From Eledone cirrhosa (taxonomy: Eukaryota), in assembly GCA_964016885.1 (NCBI GenBank), contig OZ024743.1, positions 300,762,001-300,826,000 on the forward strand: DNA of 64,000 nucleotides, given 5' to 3'. Under the pieces are notes generated by a model. The model was given only the letters and a program-made list of their open reading frames with translations. It did no database searches and was not told where the DNA came from. This document shows, piece after piece, positions 13,325 to 27,906 of this stretch. The position numbers were made by a program, and so were the translations under genes. Position 1 is the first letter of the stretch; each line of letters begins with the position of its first letter.

Positions 13325-13699
13325 TAGGGCCTCTAGCCCCACTTTACACACCCCACACACACGCACGCGCACACCTCCACTTATTCTCTCTCACACATAC
13401 ACACACAAAACCAGTTCTAACACCAGATAACACCTACCCCCCACTTTTACGATTAGACCTATCTTCCCACACTCACACACACACATACCTACACCTTCAT
13501 GCTTTCTCCCACGCACATATACAGGCACGCATATAAAATTTAAAAAACACAACAAAACATAAACAAACCCCTCTTAAAGGGAGACTACTCTTTACCCACC
13601 TAATTTTAATTCTTTGATATTAAAGTTAGAACTCTATACTATTTCCGGTCAGCATGGCTTCATTGGAAATTTAAGACGCTGGTCTGAGACTTTTACTTC

Positions 13700-13734
13700 C
13701 CTCCGAAGAAGAGATATTATCTCGAAAATTAAGG
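13700..13734 (+). ncRNA. Minimal hammerhead-like motif in PLE tail (family F)
   Basis: cct-CCGAAGA-A-gagat att atctc-GAAAATTA^agg; U4 to C change; only AATT as stem III. Confidence 0.5.
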
Positions 13735-13849
13735 ACATTTAAATAAATTCAAGGTGAAACTACGAATTCTCATCAATATCTCTCACTATTGCATTCTTTT
13801 TTCTATGTCCATATCTGCATTGTCTTGGCCTTATTACACATATTCTAAC

Positions 13850-13894
<45 letters not shown>

Positions 13895-14299
13895 CATATA
13901 TTACAACTGAAACATACTATCGGGTATACTGCAATATTTCGAAAGACATTTACGTCCCGATACGATCGCGAACACACACACAAAACCCATTCGTCACTTG
14001 CTCCCATGGAATTTCTAAGATTTCGCAACTGGAATAATAGAGGCGTTCCACCACACAACATTCTTTATTAACCTTGTAAGTATAAAATGAAAACTGGACT
14101 TCGGGTTGATTTGAAACCATAATTTGGCACATCGGCGGAACATTTATCCTCCATCCATTGACTTTGCCATATATAGTTATGTATCCTATGTGAAACACTA
14201 GCCAAATGAAGAGAGATAAGAATCGGTAAAACAATGCATATTGACGTATTATCTATGTACTATGATGTGAAAAAAAGAGAAATATACAGATATTTCTGA

Positions 14300-14940
14300 C
14301 AGATATTTCTGACATATGTCCTTTGCAAGATAGATGGGAAAATGGCAGGGAGGATGCGAGCGAACTGCTGAGAACAAGGAATATATTATTAAAGGAATAC
14401 GCGTATGAGCATTGTAAGTATATGATGGGGTTATTACACTGGGAATTTTACAAATCCCTCATCACATGCAATGGTGTAGACGTTGGGATTCAAAATTCAA
14501 TATGAAAAGGACTAATGTAGTGTTTTTATGGTGTCAGTGGTTTAGACGGATTATGTATGATATGAGAAAGTGAGCCTGCCTTAGTTCAGATGGCACAAAA
14601 CTTGTCAAATCCGCATAAGATCATCCAAATAATATCATCAGTATTGGGGAATATTTGCAGGTTTCGGCCTTCAGGGTTCTATCTGTGTGTTGTTCGAGTT
14701 TAGCAAGGAATAAAATTAGATATGTGTAGAACTTGGGCTGTTGAAAATGAAGAGATCAGAAATAATTCAACTGGAGGGCATATTTCATGTATCTATTCAG
14801 AATAACCGTGTAGATATCAACAATAGGTCTGCATGACGCATGAATGCCGACAAAATTGCGGGAATAAAGATTGATATCATCTTCGTATGTTTTGACATTG
14901 AGGAATGCAAATAGAAGCTGTTTATTGAACATTAGAGAGG
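14300..14940 (+). mobile_element. Heavily decayed non-LTR retrotransposon 3' fragment, possibly RLE/R4-like
   Basis: Remnant ...LLKEYAYEH...LLHWEF... resembles the post-CCHC region of RLE elements; many stops. Confidence 0.3.
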
Positions 14941-15029
14941 AACGTTCGGGAAAAAAATGGAATCGTTAAATACACCAGAGATGTGTGAGTAATATGTTAA
15001 CCTAAATGAAGGCCAGCGATATGAGAGAA

Positions 15030-15412
15030 ATAATTGTTTCTACTTTTAGCACAAGGCCAGCAATTACCCAGTACATTACTGGTACTTTATTTTATCGACC
15101 CCGTAAGGATGAAAGGCAAAGTTAACCACGGCGGGATTCGAACTCAGTCCATAAAGGGACGTAATTCTGTGCTACAAAGCATGGCGTCTAACCCTGTACA
15201 GACACTGCCAATCCACGAGACATAATTGTTTCTACTTTAGGCACAAGGCCAGCAATTAACCAGTGCATTACTGGTACTTTATTTTATCGACCCCGTAAGG
15301 ATGAAATTCAAAGTTCAACCTCGGCGGGATTTGAACTCAGATCGTAAAGGGACGTAACTATGCTGTAAAGCATGGCGTCCGACCCTCTATCGATACTGCC
15401 AATCCAACGAGA
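15030..15412 (-). mobile_element. Two tandem tRNA-derived SINE copies
   Basis: Two ~190-bp units, each ACTGGTACTT..TTTATCGACCCCGTAAGGATGAAA...GGCGGGATT(C/T)GAACTCAG...CTGCCAAT. Confidence 0.8.
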
Positions 15413-15933
15413 AATAATATCTATAGGATAGTAACTGAGAGCTTGAGAATGATTAACTATTAGGAAATGGCCGAGATGCATCCAAACGTAGTTACATATA
15501 TTTAGAGAAAATCTAGCGATCATGTGATCAAGATTTCGTTTAGTAGCACTGTTGGCCCAATTAGTTTGAAGTGGTCGGATGTTCTTTCGCACATGCCATG
15601 TAAATGCTCATATTAGTGATCCAAGAAAAGTAGAAGCTGAATTTCATTTACATTATCAAATGTGTGTAGTGTGTAGTTTGAAGCAAATTGCGCAAGAAAT
15701 TTGGTGGCGAATATATGTGTAGGAATTAAAGTAAAAAAAACAAAACATAAGTTATGAATTTATTTTCACTCAGTACCAAATGATTAATGTCACCGACGAT
15801 GAATTTCTCGTACAGTTACTGAAATAACCGGTATATTATAACTGCTTAAAATGTTCATAGCAAATATCTTGAATTCTTAATATACATAATCATTTCTACA
15901 CAGCTTCATATTATATATATACACACACACACA

Positions 15934-16012
<79 letters not shown>

Positions 16013-16027
16013 GCGTGTGTGTGTGTA

Positions 16028-16060
<33 letters not shown>

Positions 16061-17412
16061 ATGTATGTATGTATGTATGTATGTATGTATGTGAGTGTGT
16101 TTTCTTAAAAACGAGTTCTATAATTGTACATATAATTCTTGAAATTCCTGAATACAATCGTTTACCTAGGAGTGACAACAGTACCTTGATCGTTGGATGA
16201 TCAGCATTCGGGATGAAAAATATAGTTTTCAATGCGAAATGGTGACCAAAACAGATAGAGTGTAGAAGAAGAAATAAAAGAGAATATAAGAATGCAAATC
16301 TCTTTTTGTGTTGGAGAAATGGGAGGCAATACAGTTTAAAATAGGGATAGAAGCCCAAATGTTCACGTAGACTTAATGGTTAGTGATTATATATATCTCT
16401 GTTTTAGATATAATTATTTATTTTCGGGCACATATGTCCTATCAAAGTCACACTCATATACATATGTACATAAACAGACACTTGAATTCATGCTTAAGCG
16501 CGTCAGCTCATAAGCCAATACATGGGCATATGAATATTTATACAAGTGCATAGATCCGATGTATAATTTTAATTTGGTGTTCAAGAATTTACTAATGCTG
16601 CAACGATTTTTGCGAAGGCAAAAATATCCGCGAACACAGCACTATTACAATGATACATATTTTGAGGGGGAGTATATGATGATTTAGAAACGCTCGTAGA
16701 CTAATGGATTTTTCCCAAATCTGATAACCCTATACAATAAAGAGATATGCATTATGTCCTATGCAATTAATCATTTTATTGAGGTTAAGTAGTGAGTCGG
16801 TTTACTCTGGAGTTTCACCCGTTTATCATAGAATCAACATATGAGACTGTGATAATCAGGCGAAATTCTAGTGTAGAAATACCCACTATTTAGCATTAAT
16901 AACTTCGTCCTCTCTCTCCTCTCGGTTACTTATTTACTTGCGCTATTGTCTCGTGTTTCGCCGCTTCTATCGGTATGTCTTCCTTTTCTCTTTCTTTTTG
17001 TTTCTTTTTCTTTCTTTCTCCCTCTTCGCTATCACTTCTTTCCTTCATAGCGTTTTGACAGATAGAAATGTATGGGCGTGCTATGGATAGTTGTATTATC
17101 TATAATCTGCTGAATATCTGTGACCCGTAGTAGACACCTGATTATGGGAAAATGACCGTCTCTTGTTTGGGTTTCTTTACCTTCTAACACTCGTTATCAT
17201 TAAAAACACAGCCTCGTCCCTCTCAATCCATATTTATGTATTTACTGCTGTTACCTCCCCTCCATCCTCTCTATCTATCTCGCTCGGTGTTGATGTTCAT
17301 GGCGGACTCATGACTTAAAACTTTTGGGATCAACTATTTTTTCCTTTCTCTCCATTACTCTCTCTCTCTCACTCTGCCTTCTTTCAGTAACCACACAGCT
17401 TCGTCCCCCCTA

Positions 17413-17495
<83 letters not shown>

Positions 17496-17510
17496 TTATC
17501 TATGTATGTA

Positions 17511-17647
<137 letters not shown>

Positions 17648-17949
17648 ATGTATGTATATATATATACATACTACTGTATGGCTGTATACATATATGTATG
17701 TACGTATACATACTTATATTTAAGTAACAGCCGTACTAAGAGTGGGAAATGAAATTTCGTTTCATTTTTTCAGTTTATATATATATATATATATACATTT
17801 GGAGTATATGTTGGTTGTATACCAACACCTCAGTATGCAAATTGGAGCACTCGACGAAGTACGCAGGTTGGTTTGGTTACTCCGAGTAATGTAAAATAAA
17901 ATAAAATAAAATAAATAAGTGAAATGTTTAAAATTTGGCTTTGTTTATT

Positions 17950-18004
17950 ACTGCTATATATATTTCGGTGACAGCCATCTTTGGCTGTGACCTTTTCAGG
18001 CAGT
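17950..18004 (-). ncRNA. Type I hammerhead motif (family G), G8 to A
   Basis: actgc-CTGAAAA-ggtcacagcc aaagat ggctgtcacc-GAAA-tatata-TA^gcagt. Confidence 0.75.
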
Positions 18005-21000
18005 CCGAATTAGTGTGGTAGAGACGAGTACACATGTTTTTGAGGTGTTTAACTTTGACAATACTCTGATATGCCCAGTTCCTCGTTGGGTTGTTGTTTC
18101 ATTGAGGAACTTGAATCATATGAATTTAAACAAACGAATTTCAGCGTCAAAGGATATCTTCTCTCATTGGTCAGTTGTGAGAACATTCCTCAGTCAAAAG
18201 ACTATAGAAAATCATTCTGTAGTGGTTTTTCTTGATATTGCTAAGTACATCTGACCTCTACTATTGTGTTGGTAGTGGTGTTGATGTTAGAGTCAGCTAA
18301 AGAAAAATGTAAAATGGTACAAGGAATAACGTGGTAGAGGAACCATATAAAATAAGCAAATAAAATGTATGTGTGTTATACCTAATCTCAATGTTATAAA
18401 AATGTGTAAATTCACTCCTCCCATTGGTTAGTTTTGAGAGCATTCCTCAGTCAAAAGTCTATAGAAATTCTTTCTTAGGTGAGATTCCCTGTAATGTTTG
18501 TTTTTGTTATTGTTAAGTACATCTGACCTCTACCCTTAATTTGGTAGTGGTGTTGGTGTCGTGGTCAGCCTAGGTATTGCTGCTGTTGACAATTATAAAT
18601 ATCTGTGTGGATTTCTTCTTCCATCCTGACACCATCTATGGTGGTGGGGGGGGGGGGGGGGCATGTATATGAAGAAATAGAAGGCAATACAATGAAGAAA
18701 ACAGAAAATAAATAATAAGTAGAAAATAAATGAAAAATTAATTAATGAAAAATGAAAAATAGAGACATGAAAAATGAAAATGGAAATTGAAAAATGAAAA
18801 ATTAAATATGAAAATGAAAAGTGGAAAATAGAAGTGAAGATTCAAATAAAATAAAATGAGTGTGTGCTATAACCAATCTCAAGGTCAGAAAGATGTTGGA
18901 TAAAGTGGTAGGAGGAACAAGATGGTAAAAGAATGAAACGAAATAAGATAATTAAATTAACATTTTGTGTGTTATAACCATTCTCAACTTAAGGTGAAGA
19001 AAACAAAACAAATGAAAAATCAAGTTAAATAAAATATGTGGGTGTTATAATGATGTTGGCCAAATTAGAAAGGCTGTGTCAGAATCAATATCTAGGCTAT
19101 CATCGTGTCTGTTCATCCTGGGTGGGTCCCTATGGCTTCAGGTGAGTTCCCAAACTTTGGTGTTGTTACTGCCCATATAGCTTGAGGGAGGTCTGGCCGA
19201 GAGGTGTCTACATATTCTGGAGAAGCCCCTATAGCTTGAGGGGTGTTCACATCTCAGTCTGTTGCTACTGTCCATATAGCTTGAGAAACGTTCCGGCCCA
19301 GAGGTGTCTGCATGTCCCGAAAAAGTCGTTTCTGAGGTTTATCTGGCGGCTTCCACCTCTTTGTATCTCAAGGGTTTCGGTCAGACATAGTTTGCATATG
19401 CCAGATCCCCCTTTATCGGGTTGTACCTTCCTGATTATGGACCAGGCCAGATAGTACGGGGTCCTGTCAAGCTTCAGCTTCCAGATCAGATCGGAAAGAG
19501 CCGTACTTTTCCGTTTGACCTCCTTGTTGAAGGAATGGCAATGGTTATACCAACGGTCTTTAACGCTCGTTGATGTGGCTCCTATGTAGAGATGTTCGGA
19601 GGTGTGGGTTTTAACCCTACATCCGTATATTATGTTCTTCTTAAGGTCTTCATTGCTAAGGGGTCATGTTTCGGGGTTTCTGCAGTTGCAGAGGGTGGTC
19701 GACCTCTCCGTGCCTAGTGTGTGGTTCCCGTTACGTGTTGCATGGTGGTCTTACTCCGGGCACGGTGGGGGTGGGGTATCTCCGCGTATGTTTGAGTTTC
19801 TTGGGTGGGCACTGGGTCCCCCGCCTCCCTCCTTCCACATGGTTCTGCTGGGTGATTATATTGCCATCTTTTGGTTGTGTGTGTTTTTTAAGCCTACGCC
19901 TTTTGATGCTAGCTATGTGTTGGGCCAGATTTCTCGTGGTGGAATACTAGAGCTTCACAGTGTGTCTGTTGAAAATCTTGTGGTATCTATGGTCCCGCGG
20001 GAAGCATTTATCAAGTGCTCCAAAGAATTATCGGGCCAAGCTGTTCTTTAGGGCCGCTGAGTAGGGTGGGTTGTACCACGTGATTTTTCTGCGTCTACTC
20101 CTATATGGGCGGGTTGAGGGTGTCGTGAGTTGTTGGAGAGTTATTGGGTTGGTGGTGGTTCCCGCATTGTTGCTTCCCCTTTGGGTGCTATGCGCTTTGC
20201 TATCTCCACGGCCCGAATCTGTGGAGTAGTCGTTGCCCACGCTGGGAGATCCACTGTGGGGAGGTCCCCCGTTAACCCACCCGCACGTGTCCTGCAGTTG
20301 TCGTCGTCGGGCCCGGGGTGGTTATCATCACCCCTAAGACTGATACTCATATTGGGTTTCATCTCATGGTTATGGGTACTCGTCACCATCGCCCGTGTGG
20401 TGGTGTCAGGCTCATGGTGCTTATTTGTTTCTGTTCTGCCTGTATTGTTAGGGTTCGTCTCCTCCCGGACAACTTGGGTGTGGGTGTCCGTTGAGCCATC
20501 CCCATCCCAGCGTTTCGGACTATATGTTATATTTTGGCCATGTGCCGCCTTATTTAGAGCTGCATTGTAATATTCCGTGTTGTTATCAAAGATTTCCTTA
20601 TTAGCGGACAGGCTGGAGATCCTGTCAGAGACACTCTTCACCACGGCCTTGGTTATGGATCTAGGGTGGTTTGACTTGGCGTTAACATACACAAGTTGTT
20701 ATTTGGTTCCTCTGCCACCTTATTCCTTCTACCACTTTATCATTTTTTTGACCTGATTCTAACATCAACACCACTACCAACATAAAAGTAGAGGTCAGAT
20801 GTACTTAGCAATAACAAGAAAAAACACTACAGATTGCCTTGCCTCAGGATGCATTTCTATAGTCTTTTGAATGAGGTATGTTCTCACAACTGACCAATGA
20901 CAGGAGAAGATGTCCTTTGGCGCTGAAATTCGTTTGGTTAAATTCATATGATTCCAGTTCCTCAATGAAACAACAACCCCCCAGGAACTCGGCATATCAG

Positions 21001-21045
21001 AGTATTGACAAAGTTAAACACCCCGTCTCTACCACACTAATTCGG

Positions 21046-21100
21046 ACTGCCTGAAGAGGTTACAGCCAAAGATGGCTGTCACCGAATTATATATAGCAGT
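21046..21100 (+). ncRNA. Type I hammerhead motif (family G), A15.1 to T
   Basis: actgc-CTGAAGA-ggttacagcc aaagat ggctgtcacc-GAAT-tatata-TA^gcagt. Confidence 0.75.
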
Positions 21101-21146
21101 AATAAACGAAGCCAAATTTTAAACATTTCACTTATTTATTTTATTT

Positions 21147-21206
<60 letters not shown>

Positions 21207-22312
21207 GTGTGTGTGTTTGTGTGTGCGTGCGTGTGCGTGTGTGAGTATGTGTATGATTAAGTATGAGTCTGATGAGATGCCGATACGTAACTTAATTCGT
21301 TTTTTTACATTTGTGATCAGAATATGAAATATATTAACAATTCTTCATAGAACATTGCTTTCCAAATATCTACAGTCATTTGATCTTCCAAGAAAGCGTC
21401 TACAGAAGTGGCACGACCTGCTAGATTGACCACACATAGTTTTCAACTCAAAACATATTATCTTAACATCCTGCATAGATATTGTGTAATGTAGTCAGAG
21501 AATGCTTATACTAGAAAAACATAGGATGGGCATAACATTCAAGATCTTTGTTCTTGCACATGACCTAAGGGTGAATGCAAAACGCTTCCGCAATCATTTC
21601 TTTATTTATTATTGCATTTGAATTTAACACTTGGAATGCCATACCAATAAGCCAGTATACGCATCACCAAATAGACCTGCTATCCGAAAACCGGTTTCCC
21701 TCTATATTCCCACCCCCCTTATTGCTCTTCTTTCTCTCCCCTAACTCTGTTTTTCTCCCCTCTCTTCTCCTCTCACTCTCCATCTGATTTCTCTTTCTCT
21801 CTCTGTATTTCCCTTTCCATCACCCCACTATCCTCCTCTTACTACTTTTCTCTCTTTCACTCGTTCTACTAATATAGATAATAATACTAACAATGTTCTA
21901 ACCTTAATAAATAATTACTATTTCTCTTACTATTGCAATTAATCTAGCATCATTTTTAACCTAAGAACCAATACTACCATAACCAATCACATTCTTACCA
22001 GATTATTGGCTATCGTGTCCTCTTCGAAGAAGAAGAATAAACATATTAGAAAATAAACAGTACACGTCTTATCAATCAACTAGTTCGGTTAACTCATTAT
22101 GTCTCTTCTTCCTGCTGTTATTTAATATTTACTCTTTAATATTGCGTTGACTAAAATTGAAGAAGAAAGCAAGCAGAAGCAATATTAAAGCCGGCACTAA
22201 TAAATTTATCTTTGTACACACGAATAACATTCATAGATTACAAGAAGAATAAAAAAAAACACTCACATACATAGACACATACACATACTAACACACACAC
22301 ACACACACACAC

Positions 22313-22353
<41 letters not shown>

Positions 22354-22460
22354 TTTAAATATATATGTGTGTGAGTACGTGTGTGTGTGTGTATGAGCAT
22401 ATGTGTTTGTAGCTATATATTTATGTGTTCATATGTATGTATGCTTGTATATAATATGAT

Positions 22461-22537
<77 letters not shown>

Positions 22538-22575
22538 TATATATTTTATATATATATATATATATACATATATGT

Positions 22576-22634
<59 letters not shown>

Positions 22635-23249
22635 GTGTATATACGTATTATTAATTTCTCGCTTCCTGGTCAATTTTCGTATGCGTTACTGGTCTACGAT
22701 AGCTGTAAATTAGGATTACTTCTAATAAAGTGTATTGTGAATGAAGCATAAAAAATGTTTTTCTATGGAAGCGATTTACTTTTCAACAGTCCATAGATTT
22801 GACATTGTAGAGAATTGGTAACAGCGCAATAGATGAAAACATATTGCAGGAGAGAGTAGATGTGTAAACAGATAAAGAACGTAAAGCAAGAAACGAGGAT
22901 TAGAAAGCATATGGTATTAGAGGATATTGAAATTGAAAGCATGTTATTAGTATGTGGTTGCTGTAGTAGAATAACCCACAAGGCAAAACAATATATCGTT
23001 TGCTGTTAAATGAATAAATTTGATGTGTATGAATTACTGCAATATATTTCCATCTAAATTATGCAAGTTGTAAGGATGGTTATATCCGTTTTGCTATTGC
23101 TCTTTATTTCTAACTAAAACTCAAGTTAGATGTAATGGTTTCTCAATTCTCAATTAAATTTGCAATATGCCGAAATCACTAATACGTTTCCTTTTCTCTC
23201 AGACGTTGTCAAATTTCTCTTTATTTAATATGTTCTATTGGCACCATCT

Positions 23250-23850
23250 TCAATCCAAGAAAAGAACACATTCGGCATGCTATTCTTAAGGAATTTTGAA
23301 AGCGTAATTGTGCGAGTGTAGCAGCAAATGACTCCAAACTCATATAGATGACATAATGATTTAAATAACATGAGAATGGTTGCATAATGGTTGCTGGATG
23401 AATAAAAAACGGTGCCCAAGAGGACTGAGTTTTAATGAATTACAAAACATATTTGATGCAAATCCGACCATTAAACTTCGGGAAATGAGCACGGACTTCA
23501 ATGTGAGCCATATCACCATCCAGCGTGAATTAAAATAAGCTTGGTAAATTGTGAAAGTTTGAAAACTTGCTTCTGCAGAATCTCTCTGTAGACAATCTTA
23601 TACAACGTATTGACTGCTGTGCATCGTTGCGTCCTTGTTAGCTGCACATGACTCTTCTAAACAGAGACATTACTGGAGAGGAGAAATGGCTACAATTATG
23701 GTAAACGTAGACGTCAGTAGCTCAGTGGTGAAGATTCTTCTTGATGTGTGGTGGTATATGTGGGAAATAATTAATCACGAGCTGAGAGTCAATAATCCAT
23801 TAATATCAGCCAAAGCTTGTTTTATTGAGCCTTAACAATTGGGAAGGAGT
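23250..23850 (+). mobile_element. Decayed Tc1/mariner transposase relic
   Basis: Fragments KEHIRHAILKEF, REMSTDFNVSHITIQREL, QRIDCCASL, LNRDITGEEKW, KILLDVWWYMWEIINHEL; many stops. Confidence 0.8.
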
Positions 23851-23872
23851 TTTATTACAAACTGATTTACAG

Positions 23873-23939
<67 letters not shown>

Positions 23940-24131
23940 GTATAGGATTATCCAAGATGCAGTGATGGTTAATTACTACACTGGATATGGTTGACGTACG
24001 GTAAGAGGTTACTCTACGAGTTATGGAAGAATTGTTCAAGAAACTTAGTTCCTGATCCTTCAGTATTCCGGAGTGTATATAAAGAATGAATAATAACAGG
24101 TAGACATCATAAAAAGGTAGTTTATTCCGTG

Positions 24132-24243
24132 TGCTTACAAGTGTTTCCACGGTGGTACTGCAGCCTAGTTCCGCTACGTGCAAATTCACAAGTATTTGCA
24201 GAACTCGAATATCCAATGCTGTGACCACTGTTTCCTCAGAGCA
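24132..24243 (-). ncRNA. Type I hammerhead motif with long stem II insertion (family H)
   Basis: Mirror of 27907-28018; intact core. Confidence 0.75.
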
Positions 24244-24736
24244 GAATGGTAAATATACAATGTAAAAACCCTTAAGTGGGGTTGTTGGGGAAGATAGAGT
24301 GGAACAGGAAGAGAGAAAAGTAGGGAAGATGGAGAGAGAAGGAAAGATATGCAGGGGTTGGAGAAGTAGGAGAGAGTGGCTTGTAGATATCTTAATCAAA
24401 ATGTTATGGTAGGGGTTTTATTAGTTACTTTTGGAGAGATGCGTAGATAGTTGAGGTCGGAATTATTTATTGCCCCAGAGGTCAAGTTCATAGATGTTGA
24501 GAGGGAGGTAGGTCAAAGGTGAGAGAGAGAGAGTGTAATGGATGTAGAGAGAGATATATAGGTAGAGAGGGGACAGATAAAGTATATGTGGTGAGTGAAC
24601 TTTTGGTTTTGTAGTAGTAATCTAGGAATTGTACTGAGTTACCATGTATAGTGATAAGCAGTGTATTGTCTTGTAGTGTGGGGGAGAAGAGAAGGTTGTT
24701 AGCTAGAAAGTGGTGTTGTAGTTACGGGTTCGAATG

Positions 24737-26940
24737 TTAAGTTATTTTATAGTGAGAGAATTTAGCTTTTAGTTTGTGGTTGCAGTATAATGATCGTTCA
24801 ATTCTATCGTTAAGTAGTTTGTTTTTGGATTTTAGTATGTAAAATAGCTCAAGGTTACATAACCTGCAGTACTTCAAACCACTCCGATATGCATTTGCGC
24901 TGGAAAGTATATCCCATTTTAAGGTGAACTGTTGGTTGTGTTCACGGAGTTGCCAGGTCTTGTTGGCGAGCGTGGTCACAAAACGGTGATTCTGATGTTT
25001 GATTGAGAATCGATGACGGTACCAGCGAGATTTAAACGATGTGGTGGTAGATCCGATATAATACCATTTCTGGTCGTCCGATTCAACCGTGCATTGGTAA
25101 ACAATGATGGACTTTAGGCATTCATTCTGCAATGGACATCTTTCAGGTAGATGGCAGTTACATGCTTTGTTGTGGGTAGCGGGTATACCATGGATAGGTT
25201 GTGATAGCGGTACAGGTGGGTTGAGCAATACCCGTCTCCCATTTAGTGGTTGGGAGGCAGATATTGCGTTCTGCCCATCTGTTACTAAAATGTTTTGTTT
25301 TGTAGAGTTGTTTAATTGCCTTAAGTTAAGTTTGTTTATGTATGCTTCAAGGTTTGGTGCCGTGGAGTATGATAGTCTAATAGTTTTGGAGTTCAGAATT
25401 TTGCTGTACTTATGGGAACTAGGGAAGTGTTTATTGATTAATTTAAAGAATGAAAGAGATAGTTTTGTACTAATCGAGGCATTAAAAATAGAATTATACC
25501 AGATATACTTTCTACAACGTGATTTATTTGGTGGTGATCTTCTATTATTAGTATGTCTGGTAGTATAGTGTGTGTGTGCTTGTGTTTTAGTCCCCCGGTT
25601 ACGTATACCTTGATTACGTGTAGAGCTATGTGTGTTGTGGAAATTACTATCGATGTATTCTATTGTATCCCGGTGGTCAGCATTCCTTAATGCATTATTG
25701 TAGTATTCAGCATGTTCGCTAAAAATATCAGAGTTAGACGATAGGCGAGAGATTCTAAGAGAAATACTCCGGGGAACTGATTTGATCATGGAGAGTGGGT
25801 GGTTAGAGTTAAAGTCAATACACGTAAGGTTCTCATTTACCTTGTGGAAGGGTCGTATCTGTCCGGTATTTAAATTAAGAGTTACGTCCAGAAAGTTTAC
25901 TACCTTAAGATTGTATTCGTATTTTATTTTTAGGCCCAGTTCACTAAAAGATTTTCTAATATTTTTCCGTAGCCTTTCAAGATTTTGGTTATTCAAGTTA
26001 TTAACTAATAAGAGTCCGTCATCTCTATATATCCCCCCCTGTAGATTACTAAATCTACTACGTAATATGTGGGCTATGTAAATTCACACGAGATCCGTGA
26101 CCTCCGCCGAGTCGTTGGAACCCATGGTAATATCGAAATTTGTGGGTCTGTCCTTACGTTCCCAGTAGCAGTTATCGAACTTAATAATGGTTTTTCTAGC
26201 CTCGAGAATAATATTAATTTCGTCCTCCGTTAGGTCGGAATTGGCCTTAGCAAACGATAGGGCCTTACGTAAAGTGCTTGGTGAGATGGAAGAGTAGTAT
26301 TCGTCTATGTCAAATTGTATAAACTTAGATTTTTTCTTATTCTTAACATTATTAAACCAGCGAATTGCTTCGCTAGTGTTGCCCCATAATTTAATTTCAA
26401 TTTTCTTTTTCACTTGAGTTATTACTCTGTCAAGTATATGTTTACTAATTTTCCCTATGTCTGATTTAGAAGGGCATATAAGTCTAATCTTAGGGTTAGA
26501 GTCAACATTTACCTTATGGTCCTTCAGGTTGAAGGAGGGGGTAGCGGGTATAATCGGCTCAGTTCTATCGTCTATCTTGAGATTCTTTACCACTTTGTAT
26601 GCCTCGTTGTTAATATTTGCTAGCGTAGTTTCATTTGTTTTTCTATATTTTTTGTGTAGTTCGTTGCGTATGAAGTTATTATACGTATCGATATCCATGG
26701 TATACACGTTAGAAGTCTTGTCAGCTTTCACAACAATTCCATTGGTATTTTGCAATCTTCGGAGTAGTGCTTTCATGTTGTTCTGCAGCTCATTATTTCT
26801 ATGTCTGTTGAACTTAATGTTCATGGTAGTTTTCAATAAGTCCTGTTCGAAAGCTTCGAGGTGAGGGTTTGTAGGTGGGTTTTTACATGATTTAAAACCA
26901 TATGATTCAGACGAGTGATTGGCGCGTCCTTTATCGAAGT
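24737..26940 (-). pseudogene. PLE RT plus GIY-YIG ORF, 5'-truncated, one in-frame stop (26084-26086)
   Basis: VKADKTSN, QFDIDEYY, MGSNDSAEVTDLV*IY, IYRDDGL, VNFLDVTL, SNHP, IVYQC..YYIGST, RWYRH, CRLCNLE; the two listed ORFs share one frame. Confidence 0.92.
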
Positions 26941-27906
26941 GTACCGCTATCACAACCTATCCATGGTATACCCGCTACCCACAACAAAGCATGTAACTGC
27001 CATCTACCTGAAAGATGTCCATTGCAGAATGAATGCCTAAAGTCCAACATTGTTTACCAATGCACGGTTGAATCGGACGACCAGAAATGGTATTATATCG
27101 GATCTACCACCACATCGTTTAAATCTCGCTGGTACCGTCATCGATTCTCAATCAAACATCAGAATCACCGTTTTGTGACCACGCTCGCCAACAAGACCTG
27201 GCAACTCCGTGAACACAACCAACAGTTCACCTTAAAATGGGATATACTTTCCAGCGCAAATGCATATCGGAGTGGTTTGAAGTACTGCAGGTTATGTAAC
27301 CTTGAGCTATTTTACATACTAAAATCCAAAAACAAACTACTTAACGATAGAATTGAACGATCATTATACTGCAACCACAAACTAAAAGCTAAATTCTCTC
27401 ACTATAAAATAACTTAACATTCGAACCCGTAACTACAACACCACTTTCTAGCTAACAACCTTCTCTTCTCCCCCACACTACAAGACAATACACTGCTTAT
27501 CACTATACATGGTAACTCAGTACAATTCCTAGATTACTACTACAAAACCAAAAGTTCACTCACCACATATACTTTATCTGTCCCCTCTCTACCTATATAT
27601 CTCTCTCTACATCCATTACACTCTCTCTCACCTTTGACCTACCTCCCTCTCAACATCTATGAACTTGACCTCTGGGGCAATAAATAATTCCGACCTCAAC
27701 TATCTACGCATCTCTCCAAAAGTAACTAATAAAACCCCTACCATAACATTTTGATTAAGATATCTACAAGCCACTCTCTCCTACTTCTCCAACCCCTGCA
27801 TATCTTTCCTTCTCTCTCCATCTTCCCTACTTTTCTCTCTTCCTGTTCCACTCTATCTTCCCCAACAACCCCACTTAAGGGTTTTTACATTGTATATTTA
27901 CCATTC

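Larger units (their letters stand above)
11448..13853. mobile_element. Penelope-like element with internal 5' inversion and inverted tails, in (TA)n
   Basis: RT N-terminal part on - (12028 to 11627: SDKG, PTFYHLIKT, RPIVS); RT core and GIY-YIG on +; tails 11494-11628 and 13717-13852 are inverted repeats. Confidence 0.92.
17797..21152 (-). mobile_element. 5'-truncated, decayed PLE with long 3' tail and inverted tail copy (20700-21152), in (TA)n
   Basis: Minus-strand YVNAKSNHPRSI..., ITWYNPPY, IIYGCRV..LYIGAT..RWYNH..CKLCLTE (about 20695 to 19266); 20755-21150 is an inverted copy of ~17900-18290. Confidence 0.88.

Noticed and set aside
13950-14234. Cys-containing minus-strand ORF as a missing CCN VWC or IGFBP exon
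   Set aside because: Cysteine spacing fits neither domain; part of it is a CA repeat
26084-26086. In-frame TGA in an otherwise open PLE ORF as possible selenocysteine
   Set aside because: It sits at an expected Gly (DLV-G-IY), one change from GGA, not at a Cys position; simple nonsense mutation
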